Source: Sedimentisphaerales bacterium
GTDB lineage: Bacteria; Planctomycetota; Phycisphaerae; Sedimentisphaerales; Anaerobacaceae
Length of the DNA: 64,000 bases
NCBI GenBank assembly: GCA_963708075.1
Contig: OY970194.1
Coordinates: forward strand, 5,856,001 to 5,920,000
Direction of reading: 5' to 3'
This document shows, piece by piece, positions 19,042 to 29,268 of the stretch. Every line of letters starts with the position of its first letter. The stretch's first letter is position 1. The notes under the pieces were generated by a model. It had not been told where the DNA came from and did not search any database. It saw only the letters and a program-made list of their open reading frames with translations. Both the position numbers and the translations under genes were made by a program.

Positions 19042-22000
19042 CTATTCTCTTAGCAGACGCTTGATCCAGGCGTCGACTTCGTTTCGCCTGGGCGAAATTC
19101 TCAGGATGCCTGTCTTATCGATGAGGTAGAGTGCGGGCGTGGCCTTGACGTCGTAGAGCGAGTACATCGCCCCATTTCCCACGGCCTTCTCACCAACGAG
19201 ATCGCGGACCACGTCGACGGGAGCGTCGATTGCGAATGGGAAGGTGATCCCGCGAGCGGCAACGAAAGCGTGCAGATCGTCTTCCGTGACCTTTCCCGCC
19301 CAGCTTATGTCCAGCCGCTGATGGATGGCGATCACCTGAAGCCCTTGCGAGCCGTATTCATTGAGCAGTGTCTGCATGCGCTCCAGTTCCATCGGGTCTT
19401 TCGGCAGCAGCACGCCGATCTGGAGCACGACCACTTTGCCTCGATACTGCTCCAGGGTCACGTTCTCCGCGTTGATCCACTTGTCCACGAACAGGCCCGG
19501 CGCGGGCTTGTCGAGCAACTCCCAGCCTTGGGGAAGCAGCTTGACGTCGAGATCGTTCCCATCGACCGTGGCTTGGACGCTCGTGTGGCCGTAGCCGTCG
19601 GCGTAGACACTACCCGAGATTCGTTTGCCGCGGGGCAAACCCTTCAGCAGGTACCGGCCCTTGAGGTCCGTCGTGTCTTCGAAGTACTGCATCCCGATGC
19701 TTGTGTGCACCGTCAAACCGACCATCGGCTCGTTGACCTCGTTGACGATCCGGCCGGACAGACTCCCGGTCCATTCCATCTGCCCGTCGGTGAAGCCATG
19801 AAGAGGCTGCAAGACCACGTCGCCCGCGTCAAGGGTATGGCCCGGCTCAAGCTCCGGCAACTCGGCAACGCCCTGAAAGCCGGGCTTTTCCACGAAGATC
19901 TTCATCGGTAGTCCTGCGGGCACGCCAACAAATTGGAAAGTGCCATCTTCCTCGACCTTGATTGTCCAAAGATTATTCCTCGCGCTCTGCGAGCGTCCCT
20001 GTCCCAATTCGATATCCAGTCTCGGTTCGACATCACGGATGCCGGCGCCTTTCATATTGACAATCCGCCCGACAATCGTCACCAGCGGCTCGGCCACAAC
20101 CTCCAGAGAATTCGGCTCGCCGGCCTTCAAGAAAAAGGCCCGCCCGAGTGTCGCTGTCTCGTCGAAGGCATAACCGATCACGACGTCCCAGGGCGGCGAC
20201 CGCCAGGGTTCCGGACAGGCGAACGCCCCATCCTTGTCCGTTGTGACAAGTTTTTCAGACTCGATCTTCACCGTGCCGCGCAAGGGTCTGAGGCTGCCGT
20301 CCACGAGCCGGCCGCGAATGAACGGCCGGGCGGCAATCTCCATCGACAGGTTGAGCTCTCTCACATTCTCAGGGACGATGATGTCCTTCCAGAACTGGGC
20401 CCATTTCCCGTCGCGCCAGTCCCGCACGCCGAGTTTGTACTGTCCGGGGGCCAGCCTGAGCACGCATTGACCCTGCTCATCGGTTCGCGAGGAGGCGAAG
20501 GTCGTATCCGCTGTCGCCGCGACCTGCTCATCCCGGACAGGCTCGCCGGTCTTTGCATCCACCACCGCTACAGTGACGGGAATCCCTTCTTCGAGGTGCA
20601 GCTCGACTGCCTGCGTAGCCGCTTCACTCTTGATTTCCAGGCCGGCGACGGAATGGCAGCACAGACCTTCTCCGGCAATGTCTTCGTACTCTACCGTCAC
20701 CGTGTATCGGCCCGGGGCCAGATCCGTCATCTCGAATCGGCCCTTGGCGTCGGTCAGGGTCGCGCTGCTGTATCCGGCCTCTTCCCGTGCAGTGACGGCC
20801 AGACCCGCCTTCTTATACGGCTGGTCGTGGAGAAGAACTTGTCCCCGCAGAGCCACCCCCGGCGTCAGCTCGACCCGGACATCCTGGCCGGGCCGCATCG
20901 GGTACATGTCGCCCTGGAAGTCCTCCCGGCTGGCATAGTGAATGTACCCATCCTTCGAGACCTGAAGGTGCAGCCGCGCGCCGGTCGGAATCTTTGGGAT
21001 CGCGAACTCGCCCGCCGCACTGCTACGCGCCGCATATCCATTCAATCGGCTCATGTCAAAGTAGGAGAACCGCGTCGGAATGCTCAGTTGCAGCTCGGCC
21101 TCTACAACAGCCCCCTCTATCGGCTCGCCGTTCGGGTCCACGACGGTCCCTGAGAACGCTGTCGGGTCCAGGAGCAAGACGTCGAGCTTCTTCGGGTCTA
21201 TCGTGCCGTTGTCGCTCCAAGAGGGATCGAACCAACCGATGGCGTACTTCGGGTGCTCGAAAATGAGCATCCGGTACTGGTCCTTTTGCGAATCGGCGAC
21301 GGGCAACGGCCCAAGCTCGAACCGGCCCTCACGATCCGTTCTGCCAGTCTGTTCCCAGGCCTTGAATTCAGTCGGCATGGACTTCCACACATTGAGCCAA
21401 CTCTGGACGGCCGCTCCTTCAATGGGCTCACCCGCCTGGTTGCGCACGGTCCCTGCATAAGTGATCGTCTCAACAGTCTGCCTGGCCGCGGGCGTGACAC
21501 GCGCATTCGGCTCGTGTTCCTTCTGAGCCGATGTCTCTTCCTTCGGCGGTGCGAGCCTCGCCTGAATCTCCATCACGGCGGCGGCGAATGGATTGTTCGG
21601 GTCATTGCCGCTGTAAGTGTCACGGAGACGTTGCAGCCTGTCGAGTGCGCGGGCATCGCCGATCTTTGCCAGGTAGTTGGCCGCGGCGATCTGACCACTC
21701 GGCGTGCCGTGCGCCAGCAGGTCCATCAAACCGTCCACATCCCGTGCGGCGAACATCCTTTCTGCCATCGCCGGCTCTGTTTCCACGGGCGCCGGCGGGC
21801 TGGGTTCGGAATGCGTGGGCACTTGTTCGTATTCAACAATGATCCGATCATCCTGCTCTCTGCCGGTTTGCCGTTTGGACAGAACACTGACTGCGAACAC
21901 AACGGCAATGATGATCACTGCCGCTGCCGCCAGAATTCCAACATGCCGCAGGACAATGAATCTCCGTGTTTCTGCGGGAGCGGCGAGTGTCACGACCTGG

Positions 22001-22221
22001 CGGAGAATATCGTCCCGCACGTCCTGTCCCCGCCGGCCGATAGCGTCGAAAGCCGAGGCAATCGCCTGCTCCTCCTTCGTCATGGACTCATGCAACCTGC
22101 GGCAGCCTTCGCACTTGGCCAAGTGTTCCCGCAACGCATCCACCTCGGGTTTTGGCAACTCGCCGAGCACCAGGGCGGCGATGGCCTCTTGACGGTTCGC
22201 ACATGCAGCTTCGAGGGTCAT
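19042..22221 (-). CDS. Large anti-sigma factor: zf-HC2, TM helix, HEAT-like segment, carboxypeptidase-regulatory-like repeats, C-terminal redoxin-like domain
   Basis: HLAKCEGC zinc motif, one TM helix, repeated G.V.D..G.P..GA.V beta-sandwiches, and a TlpA-like tail (PALYLIDKTGILR) with no CxxC. Overlaps the sigma gene by ATGA. Confidence 0.8.
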   Translation of the reverse strand: MTLEAACANRQEAIAALVLGELPKPEVDALREHLAKCEGCRRLHESMTKEEQAIASAFDAIGRRGQDVRDDILRQVVTLAAPAETRRFIVLRHVGILAAAAVIIIAVVFAVSVLSKRQTGREQDDRIIVEYEQVPTHSEPSPPAPVETEPAMAERMFAARDVDGLMDLLAHGTPSGQIAAANYLAKIGDARALDRLQRLRDTYSGNDPNNPFAAAVMEIQARLAPPKEETSAQKEHEPNARVTPAARQTVETITYAGTVRNQAGEPIEGAAVQSWLNVWKSMPTEFKAWEQTGRTDREGRFELGPLPVADSQKDQYRMLIFEHPKYAIGWFDPSWSDNGTIDPKKLDVLLLDPTAFSGTVVDPNGEPIEGAVVEAELQLSIPTRFSYFDMSRLNGYAARSSAAGEFAIPKIPTGARLHLQVSKDGYIHYASREDFQGDMYPMRPGQDVRVELTPGVALRGQVLLHDQPYKKAGLAVTAREEAGYSSATLTDAKGRFEMTDLAPGRYTVTVEYEDIAGEGLCCHSVAGLEIKSEAATQAVELHLEEGIPVTVAVVDAKTGEPVRDEQVAATADTTFASSRTDEQGQCVLRLAPGQYKLGVRDWRDGKWAQFWKDIIVPENVRELNLSMEIAARPFIRGRLVDGSLRPLRGTVKIESEKLVTTDKDGAFACPEPWRSPPWDVVIGYAFDETATLGRAFFLKAGEPNSLEVVAEPLVTIVGRIVNMKGAGIRDVEPRLDIELGQGRSQSARNNLWTIKVEEDGTFQFVGVPAGLPMKIFVEKPGFQGVAELPELEPGHTLDAGDVVLQPLHGFTDGQMEWTGSLSGRIVNEVNEPMVGLTVHTSIGMQYFEDTTDLKGRYLLKGLPRGKRISGSVYADGYGHTSVQATVDGNDLDVKLLPQGWELLDKPAPGLFVDKWINAENVTLEQYRGKVVVLQIGVLLPKDPMELERMQTLLNEYGSQGLQVIAIHQRLDISWAGKVTEDDLHAFVAARGITFPFAIDAPVDVVRDLVGEKAVGNGAMYSLYDVKATPALYLIDKTGILRISPRRNEVDAWIKRLLRE

Positions 22222-22796
22222 GGTTCATCCTCCCGGAGTATCTCATGAAGTTGCAGCCGTGCCCGGGTCAGCCGGCTTCGCACGGCAGTCTCGCTGATGC
22301 CCAGGGCCTGGGCCACGCCGCGACAGTCTCGCCCATCGAGGTAGTAGAGAACGATTGGCTCGCGGTAGTTGTCGGGTAGTTGGGAAATCGCCTTATGAAT
22401 ACGCAGGACGCGCTTGTCCATCACGGGCCTCTCGGCGGGCATGTTCTGGACGGCTTGGCGTTCCGAGGCCCGACCCCGGTGAAAATCGATGCAGGCCCTG
22501 CGGGCGATCTGCAGCAGCCAGCCGCGCACACGCCCCGGGTCCTTCAGGGTGTGCAGCTTCGTGAATGCCTTGATGAACACGTCCTGCATGATATCCTCGC
22601 TGTCGTGGATATTGCGTGTGTTTGCCAGGCAGACGCCCCAGACGGCCGACGCGTACCGGCGCACCATGCTCTCGGGCGTCGGCGTCTCTGTCATGTCGCC
22701 CCCGGTACGGGCGAATAATGATTCGCCCCTACGCTGGTTGTCCATGGGGCCGGAGACGCACGATTCCGCGTCTCGACCCGAATCTGCCTGGGCCAT
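22218..22796 (-). CDS. ECF RNA polymerase sigma factor (start uncertain: 22796, 22744 or 22694)
   Basis: SEDIMQDVFIKAF, RGWLLQIARR, LPDNYREPIVLYYLDG, VRSRLTRAR. Confidence 0.9.
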   Translation of the reverse strand: MAQADSGRDAESCVSGPMDNQRRGESLFARTGGDMTETPTPESMVRRYASAVWGVCLANTRNIHDSEDIMQDVFIKAFTKLHTLKDPGRVRGWLLQIARRACIDFHRGRASERQAVQNMPAERPVMDKRVLRIHKAISQLPDNYREPIVLYYLDGRDCRGVAQALGISETAVRSRLTRARLQLHEILREDEP

Positions 22797-23002
22797 CGGA
22801 ATTCCCCTTTCTCCCCAACAGGACGGCAAAAACGCAAAATTGTGGCAGCGACCGGCGCATTTTTCCACCCAATTCCTCCGTCGTCGCCGAATTGACCTCC
22901 ATCGATGTCCTGCGGGCGTTGACCCTGTGCGGGGATTGGGGTAGGATGCAGACAGGTGTAGGTGTACAGGATGAACGAGTCTCAGTTCGAAGGGTAGACG
23001 CC

Positions 23003-23251
23003 ATGTCATTGTATAAGATAGTCATGATCGTCGGCGTGATCGCGGTGGCGGTGGGGTGGATCGCCTATGCCATCTGGGACTACAAGATGCGGCAGGAGGA
23101 GAAGAAGCAGCCACCGAAACGCTCGGAGCGGCTCGAGAAAACCCACGGCGAACTCTCCGACTGGGCCAAGAAAATGGCTGAGTTCAAGAGTCCTGTCCCG
23201 CCCAAAAAGTTCCCCAAAGACAGCTCCACAGAGGACAAAGGAAAATCATGA
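23003..23251 (+). CDS. Small single-TM membrane protein
   Basis: MSLYKIVMIVGVIAVAVGWIAYAIW followed by a charged tail; stop overlaps the uxaC start (ATGA). Confidence 0.7.
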   Translation: MSLYKIVMIVGVIAVAVGWIAYAIWDYKMRQEEKKQPPKRSERLEKTHGELSDWAKKMAEFKSPVPPKKFPKDSSTEDKGKS

Positions 23252-24678
23252 CAGGACAATTCCTGACCGAGGACTTTCTACTCCACACGAAGACAGCGAG
23301 GATTCTCTACCACGAGCACGCGGCGAACATGCCGATCTTCGATTACCACTGCCACCTGCCGGCCCAGCAGATCGCGGCCGACCACCGCTTCGAGAACCTG
23401 ACCCAGGCCTGGCTATCTGGTGACCACTATCGATGGCGGGCGATGCGGACCAATGGGGTGCCGGAGCGGTATGTCACGGGCGAGGCGAGCGACTGGGAGA
23501 AATTCGAGAAGTGGGCACAGACTGTCCCTGCTTGCCTGGGCAATCCGCTGTACCACTGGACCCATCTGGAGCTGCGCCGGCCGTTCGGGATCACCGGCAA
23601 GTTGCTCGGGCCCAATACAGCCAAAGAGATCTATGAGACGTGCAGCGAGATGCTTCGCTCGCCGCAGTTCAGCGTTCGCAATATCATGCGGACGATGAAC
23701 GTCAGGCTGGTCTGCACGACGGAAGGACCGCTCGATACTCTGGAGCATCATCGCAAGATTCGGCAGGACGGCTTTGAAGTGAAAGTCCATACCGCATGGC
23801 GGCCGGACCCGGCAATGGCCGTGGAGACGCAAGATGCCGCGTCCCTCCAGAGGGTCAATGCGTTCATCGACAAGCTGAGCGAGCTGTGCAATAAGGAGAT
23901 CGGCAACTTTGACGACTACATCGAGGCCCTGCGCCAGCGGCACGGCTACTTCCACGAGCACGGCTGCCGGCTCTCCGACCACGGGCTGGAGACCGCCTTC
24001 GCGGAGGACTACACGGCCGGCGAGATCAAGCTGATCTTCTCCAAGATCCGAGCCGGCAAGCCGCTGAACACGCGCGAGGCCCTGCAATTCAAATCCGCAA
24101 TGATGGTCGAATTCGGCCTGATGGACGCCGAACGCGGCTGGGTGCAGCAACTCCACATGGGCGCCCTGCGGAACAACTCGACGCGCCTCTTCCGCAAGCT
24201 CGGCCCGGACATCGGCTGCGACTCCATCGGCGACTTCGAAATCGCCCGGCCCCTGTCGAAGTTCCTCGACCACCTCGACTTCCAGGGCAAGCTCCCCAAG
24301 ACAATCCTCTACAACCTCAACCCGCGGGACAACGCGCTACTGGCCACGATGGTCGGCAACTTTCAGGACGGCTCCGTCCCCGGCAAGCTCCAATACGGCT
24401 CCGGCTGGTGGTTCCTCGACCAAAAGGACGGCATGGAAGACCAGATGCGCACGCTGGCCAACATGGGCCTGCTCAGCCGATTCGTGGGCATGCTCACCGA
24501 CTCGCGCAGCTTCCTGTCCTACCCGCGCCACGAGTACTTCCGCCGGGTCCTGTGCAACATGCTCGGCAGCGACGTCGAGGCCGGCTTGCTGCCCAACGAC
24601 ATGGTCCTGCTCGGTAAGATGGTCGAAGACATCAGTTTCAACAACGCCCGGGCCTACTTCCCCATGGAATGCGACTGA
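23248..24678 (+). CDS. uxaC: Glucuronate isomerase
   Basis: PIFDYHCHL, GDHYRWRAMR, GNPLYHWTHLEL, GSGWWFLDQ, GMLTDSRSFLSYPRHEYFRR. Confidence 0.97.
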   Translation: MTGQFLTEDFLLHTKTARILYHEHAANMPIFDYHCHLPAQQIAADHRFENLTQAWLSGDHYRWRAMRTNGVPERYVTGEASDWEKFEKWAQTVPACLGNPLYHWTHLELRRPFGITGKLLGPNTAKEIYETCSEMLRSPQFSVRNIMRTMNVRLVCTTEGPLDTLEHHRKIRQDGFEVKVHTAWRPDPAMAVETQDAASLQRVNAFIDKLSELCNKEIGNFDDYIEALRQRHGYFHEHGCRLSDHGLETAFAEDYTAGEIKLIFSKIRAGKPLNTREALQFKSAMMVEFGLMDAERGWVQQLHMGALRNNSTRLFRKLGPDIGCDSIGDFEIARPLSKFLDHLDFQGKLPKTILYNLNPRDNALLATMVGNFQDGSVPGKLQYGSGWWFLDQKDGMEDQMRTLANMGLLSRFVGMLTDSRSFLSYPRHEYFRRVLCNMLGSDVEAGLLPNDMVLLGKMVEDISFNNARAYFPMECD

Positions 24679-24754
24679 CGCGGATGAGGGCCCGTGGCAC
24701 GAAGTCCCTTTGGTCCCTCAGGTCCTTTCGGTCCCTTTCACAAGGAGCCAGCAA

Positions 24755-26209
24755 ATGCGCAGACCAGGACATTTCGCTCATGCGGCGATCCTGTTCGCAT
24801 GGGTCGTCCTCAACGGTGGTTTCGCGGTTTCGTCCTCCGCGGCCGACAAGCCCTTCGATCTCCAGACGATCCTGGAGTTGAATGTCGGGACAACACTGGG
24901 ACAGTGCAGAGCCGTGCCGGTGGACTTGGGCGAAAAGCAGGGTATTCTCCTTGCCTACTGTGAGGACGCGGAGGTCGATCCCTACGTCGAGATGTTCTTC
25001 TTTCCCAGGCATTCGATGAAGCTCATGGTCTTCGGCCTCGATGGGACGCAGCTATGGAAGAAGGAACTCGGTCCCGGTGTCATCCCGGGCATCTGGTTCA
25101 CGCCGGTGTTCCCGTTCGACCTCGACGGCGACGGCGCCGATGAGATCTGGTACGTGAATAACGTGGACGACGAGCATCCCCTGAGCCTGCGGGGCCGACG
25201 GCTGGAACGCCTCGATGCAAAGACAGGCCAGTCCCTCGGCCAATGGCCCTGGCCCGAGGTAGATAGCAACCAGAGTCCCAGTCACACCTTCCGCAACTTC
25301 ATCCTCGGCGGTCAGGCCAAGGGTAAGCCGGTGCTCGTCACCGCCCAGGGCACCTACGGCCCGATGAAGCTTCAGGCCTGGAACCCCGACATGAGCCCGC
25401 GATGGCAGCACGAGATCAAGAAGGACACTCCCGGCGCTCGCGGCAGCCATATGTGCTCCGTCGTGGACCTCAACAACGACGGTGTTGACGAAGTCCTCTG
25501 GGGCGAGCGATGCATCGAGCTGGACAAGGGCAAAGAACTCTTCTGCGCCGATCGCGACAGCTACAACGCCCATTCCGACGTGGTCCAGCCAGTCCTCGAT
25601 CGCAAGACGAATCAATGGTTCATCTACACCTGCCGGGAGGGCGGCAGTGCTGCCCCGCGAGTCGCCCTCTTCGACGATACCGGCCGCCGGGCCTGGGGCG
25701 ACCTCAAGGAGGGACACATGGACATGGGCTGGATCGCCCGGCTCGGCGACCACGGCGAACCCGTCGCCATGGCCATCCGCATTGGCTCGAAGTCCGCGGG
25801 CACGAAAGGCTTCTTCCGCAAGGGCGTGGAGGAGTTCACCTACGACGCCTTCACCGGCCAACCCCACAAACTGGCCTTCAGTGTTTTTTGCACGCTGCCG
25901 GTCGATCTGAGCGGCGACGGCATCCACGAGCTGTACCGCGGCCTGGCCGAAGGCGACGGCGCTGTCCTCGACCACACAGGCAAGGTGATCGCAAACATCG
26001 GCGGCCACGCCGGGATGGCCTCGAAATTCATGCCCCACCCCGGCGAACAAATCCTGGCTTACCATCCCGACGGCAAAGTGCGCATCTGGTCCGACCGCAA
26101 CGCCGAGGACTCCGAACTCGCGAAGTCCCGCTACTCCCACCCCTTCTATCGAGCCAACCAAAAGCTCACCGCCACCGGGTACAACCTGATCAATCTCACC
26201 GGCCTGTAA
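24755..26209 (+). CDS. Secreted beta-propeller, rhamnogalacturonan lyase (PL11)-like
   Basis: Signal peptide, DLDGDGADE and DLNNDGVDE Ca-binding motifs, GSH and HSD motifs; lies next to uxaC. Confidence 0.65.
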   Translation: MRRPGHFAHAAILFAWVVLNGGFAVSSSAADKPFDLQTILELNVGTTLGQCRAVPVDLGEKQGILLAYCEDAEVDPYVEMFFFPRHSMKLMVFGLDGTQLWKKELGPGVIPGIWFTPVFPFDLDGDGADEIWYVNNVDDEHPLSLRGRRLERLDAKTGQSLGQWPWPEVDSNQSPSHTFRNFILGGQAKGKPVLVTAQGTYGPMKLQAWNPDMSPRWQHEIKKDTPGARGSHMCSVVDLNNDGVDEVLWGERCIELDKGKELFCADRDSYNAHSDVVQPVLDRKTNQWFIYTCREGGSAAPRVALFDDTGRRAWGDLKEGHMDMGWIARLGDHGEPVAMAIRIGSKSAGTKGFFRKGVEEFTYDAFTGQPHKLAFSVFCTLPVDLSGDGIHELYRGLAEGDGAVLDHTGKVIANIGGHAGMASKFMPHPGEQILAYHPDGKVRIWSDRNAEDSELAKSRYSHPFYRANQKLTATGYNLINLTGL

Positions 26210-26325
26210 CCCCGCCACTTCCCACGTGGCGAGGGCATCTTGCCCTTGTTCCCTCGTGGCCAGGACGTACCGCCCTTATCTGCAACGGCCGGCAGTACTG
26301 CGACTATCCCAATCTCGTGGGCGTC

Positions 26326-26416
26326 GGGTGGCAGCGGCAAGCGGAGTCCTCGGAGCTTGCCGATGGTGTTCCACATATAGCGAGCCATCGGCAAGCTGCG
26401 CCTGCCGCTGCCACCC
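26326..26416. repeat. Hairpin repeat of about 90 bp (GGGTGGCA family); partial copy at 36594-36660
   Basis: GGGTGGCAGCGGCAAG...CTTGCCGATGG...CCATCGGCAAG...GCCGCTGCCACCC. Confidence 0.75.
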
Positions 26417-26470
26417 ATCCCACAACTTCAAGATGATCGCAGCAGTCTTTTCCGAATCCCCAAAACCAGG

Positions 26471-26929
26471 TCAGGCAGGCTTCACCTTGATCTTCACAGT
26501 CGCGACCTGGACATCCCTGGCGCCGGCCAACTGGCCGGTCAAGTTCGCGTTCGTCAAAGTTGCGCAAACTCTCACGCTCGAGCTGCCTGCATGAGCGGTG
26601 CTCGGTTCGAGGCTGACGGAATAATCGCCCTCGATCGCGCCGGTCTTGGTGATGCCGGCGCTCAGAACCAGGTCGAAGTTGCTCTCGACGACCATGTCCA
26701 CACAGCCCTTGAACTTGTGAATATCGCTCTCATCCTGCACCAGCTTGATCCGCAGCTTGTCCTGATCCTTGATCCGGATAAAGTACCCAACGTCCATCAC
26801 CACCGGAATCGTGGTAATCTCCAGGAAGATGAACTGAACGGGCCAGGTATGGGTCTTGATCTCACCGGCTTGCACGCTCGCGGCCAGCAGACCCGCTGCG
26901 GCCACGGCGACTACACTTCTCTTCAACAT
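26471..26929 (-). CDS. Small secreted beta-rich hypothetical protein
   Basis: Signal peptide MLKRSVVAVAAAGLLAASVQA, two Cys, and a C-terminal beta strand VATVKIKVKPA. Confidence 0.75.
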   Translation of the reverse strand: MLKRSVVAVAAAGLLAASVQAGEIKTHTWPVQFIFLEITTIPVVMDVGYFIRIKDQDKLRIKLVQDESDIHKFKGCVDMVVESNFDLVLSAGITKTGAIEGDYSVSLEPSTAHAGSSSVRVCATLTNANLTGQLAGARDVQVATVKIKVKPA

Positions 26930-27209
26930 CTTCACACCCTCGCTCCGAAATGGCCATAGCCATAGGAGCCACATCCAGTACTTCTCTTTCGGGTCGGCTA
27001 CGTGCCTGAGTCGCACATTCCTGCCGCCAACTCTGCAACCATCCATGTCAATATAGGCTACGAGACGGGTCTGTGTGAGTTCTCTAAATCCCCCATCTTT
27101 CGCCACAGAGGTCACAGGGGACACAGAGAGAAACGGGACCGCCGATGAACACGGATGAACGCCGATTCAATCATCCCTAATCGAAATCTGAGAATCCGGG
27201 CAATTCTCC

Positions 27210-27238
27210 TTGAGATTCTTCTGCGGCATGTCTACAAT
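27210..27238 (+). promoter_or_regulatory. Sigma70-type promoter
   Basis: TTGAGA-17bp-TACAAT upstream of 27317. Confidence 0.5.
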
Positions 27239-27316
27239 ACTCGGTAGCACACCATGGACGGAGAAGCGCGGCAGGGATGGCCTGAGAGATGATGGGTCAT
27301 TTGTGGAGGTGAGAAG

Positions 27317-28069
27317 ATGAGAGCGGTACACTGGGGCACCTTGATTCTGCTTATAACCGTGCTTGCCATTGCGCCAATTGCCCGGGGCGGTCTGTCAGGT
27401 ATTGAGACGCTTGGCGGGACGTTTGAGGTCTTTGGTTCCTACTATTTTCCCGGTGAATACTATGGTGATCCTGCTTACTGGGATAACTTGCCGCCGGTCT
27501 CTCTGGGATTTCACCACGTGGATAGCCAGCCAGTATATGGTTCCGACGTGTACATATGGTCATGGGGCCTGATGCAAGGTGTCTTTGCGGAGGCAAGTTA
27601 TGAGAGAGTGGCCGCGATCAACATGAGCGGACAGTGGCCCCAGGACTGGTCTTTTGCCTACGCCAGTAGTGACTACCTCTTTCGGCCCCTAGTCTCCGGC
27701 ATGTACGAAATATCCTTCTCCGGCAGGTTGGGCTTTAGGCTCGTCCAAGATGCACTTGAAGTGTACTTAGCCGACATCACTACTGGTGACACCCTGCTCA
27801 ACATCTACAACCATCCTATTGGAAACCCATCATGGACAGAGTTATGGGTCGGAGGTAACTACCACACCGAGACACTGTTATTTGATCTCACAGACACGGA
27901 TATATACCGGTTGAGGCTTTTCGTGCAGCCCGATAGCTGCAACAATGGTGAGGCATGGTACGGCGATATCCGCATCTCAATTCGTCCCGTCCCTGCCCCT
28001 GGCGCCCTGTCGCTGGTGCTGGTGGGCTTGGCTTTTGTGTGGACCCGAATATGCGTGGACGCTGGGTAA
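27317..28069 (+). CDS. PEP-CTERM-like surface protein
   Basis: Signal peptide; C-terminal VPAPGALSLVLVGL followed by a TM segment. Confidence 0.75.
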   Translation: MRAVHWGTLILLITVLAIAPIARGGLSGIETLGGTFEVFGSYYFPGEYYGDPAYWDNLPPVSLGFHHVDSQPVYGSDVYIWSWGLMQGVFAEASYERVAAINMSGQWPQDWSFAYASSDYLFRPLVSGMYEISFSGRLGFRLVQDALEVYLADITTGDTLLNIYNHPIGNPSWTELWVGGNYHTETLLFDLTDTDIYRLRLFVQPDSCNNGEAWYGDIRISIRPVPAPGALSLVLVGLAFVWTRICVDAG

Positions 28070-28225
28070 TTCTGATCTGCTTGGTGGTTGGCCTCCTGGT
28101 GGGCGTGCTCTGGGTTTCCGCGGACAGCTTACTTACTTCACCTCTTAATTGAGTAGGGCTCCACAAATTTCCCGCACGCCCTTCCGATAGACGGAAGTCT
28201 GACTCCACAATCTCTTAGGCTTACA

Positions 28226-28954
28226 TCATTCCTGCATGAGTTCGAGAACGAATGCTACTACCAACAGGTCTTTTGAGTCCTTTATGAGCTTGGGGGAGAA
28301 ACGGTACGCACCCTCTTTGTGGTGTATCTCCATACTGTGGAATATGGGCATCTTGGGCTCTCGAACACGTGCGCCAGGAGTCCTCTCACAGATGTAGTCG
28401 AAATCCTCCCATTTCAAGAAGTCGCGGTCATCCACAATCACGGGAACTTGTAGAAGAACGTAGTCATCGGTGATCTCATCGACTACTACTTGGCCCCACG
28501 AAACCTGAAGCCAGTCGGGTTGTCTTCTGGTGTAGGGAACAATAGTCTTTCTTCCAATAACAATCAACGTGTACCCCATTGGGAACTGCCGATCGAGATC
28601 ATCTTCAATGTTACGGAGGGAGATTTCGCCCAAGACCGATGCGAAACCTTGCTCCTGCCTAGACAGTATCTCTGTTTGCATGCCAAGTGTGGCACCATAG
28701 CGGTAGCTGTACCAAGTCAGAACACTCGCGATGAGGCCCCAAATGGTGGAAACAGCCAAGATAACCTTCCACATCTGCAGGATTGTTTTGCAGCGATGCT
28801 TCAGGCCATTGGAAATCCGCTTGTTCCATGGGTGGTGGCCGCAATACCTCTTCGGCGGCTTGACCTTTGCGCGGCACTGTGCGTAGTTGGGTGGAATCAG
28901 ATACTGGCAGTAGCCATCCTTGAGCTCAACCATTTCTTCCTCACATATAGGCAA
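28226..28954 (-). CDS. Hypothetical membrane-anchored protein with an N-terminal C..C..CxxH motif
   Basis: 242-aa ORF with CQYL...C...YCGHH and one TM helix; more AT-rich than its neighbours. Confidence 0.6.
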   Translation of the reverse strand: MPICEEEMVELKDGYCQYLIPPNYAQCRAKVKPPKRYCGHHPWNKRISNGLKHRCKTILQMWKVILAVSTIWGLIASVLTWYSYRYGATLGMQTEILSRQEQGFASVLGEISLRNIEDDLDRQFPMGYTLIVIGRKTIVPYTRRQPDWLQVSWGQVVVDEITDDYVLLQVPVIVDDRDFLKWEDFDYICERTPGARVREPKMPIFHSMEIHHKEGAYRFSPKLIKDSKDLLVVAFVLELMQE

Positions 28955-29024
28955 GATGATGGAGATTCAAAAACGCCATTATGGACATGGAGAGCCCTTG
29001 TGTAAAGCCCGGCGTGATATTAGA

Positions 29025-29268
29025 GGACCTTGGGGGCCCAGCCCTTATGTTAAGCGTTAGCGATTGTCTTCTTTGTCAAGGCGACGGAACAGGATTGCCT
29101 GTCTCGGGGGACGGGAAGATTGTGGATTGGGCGGGGACTTTGGGAGCCAGCCCTTGACGGGGGACTTTGGGGGCCAGCCCTTAAGTTAAGCGTTAGCGAG
29201 TGTCTTCTTTGCCAAGGCGACGGAACAGAATCACCTGTCGCGGGGGGACAGGATGATTGCGGATTGGG
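29025..29268. repeat. Imperfect tandem duplication (about 105 bp x2, plus a partial unit)
   Basis: GGAC(C/T)TTGGGGGCC(C)AGCCCTTA(T/A)GTTAAGCGTTAGCGA.TGTCTTCTTTG.CAAGGCGACGGAACAG occurs at 29025 and 29162. Confidence 0.85.

Noticed and set aside
29025..29268. CRISPR array
   Set aside because: Few units, irregular spacing, duplicated rather than unique spacers, and no cas genes.
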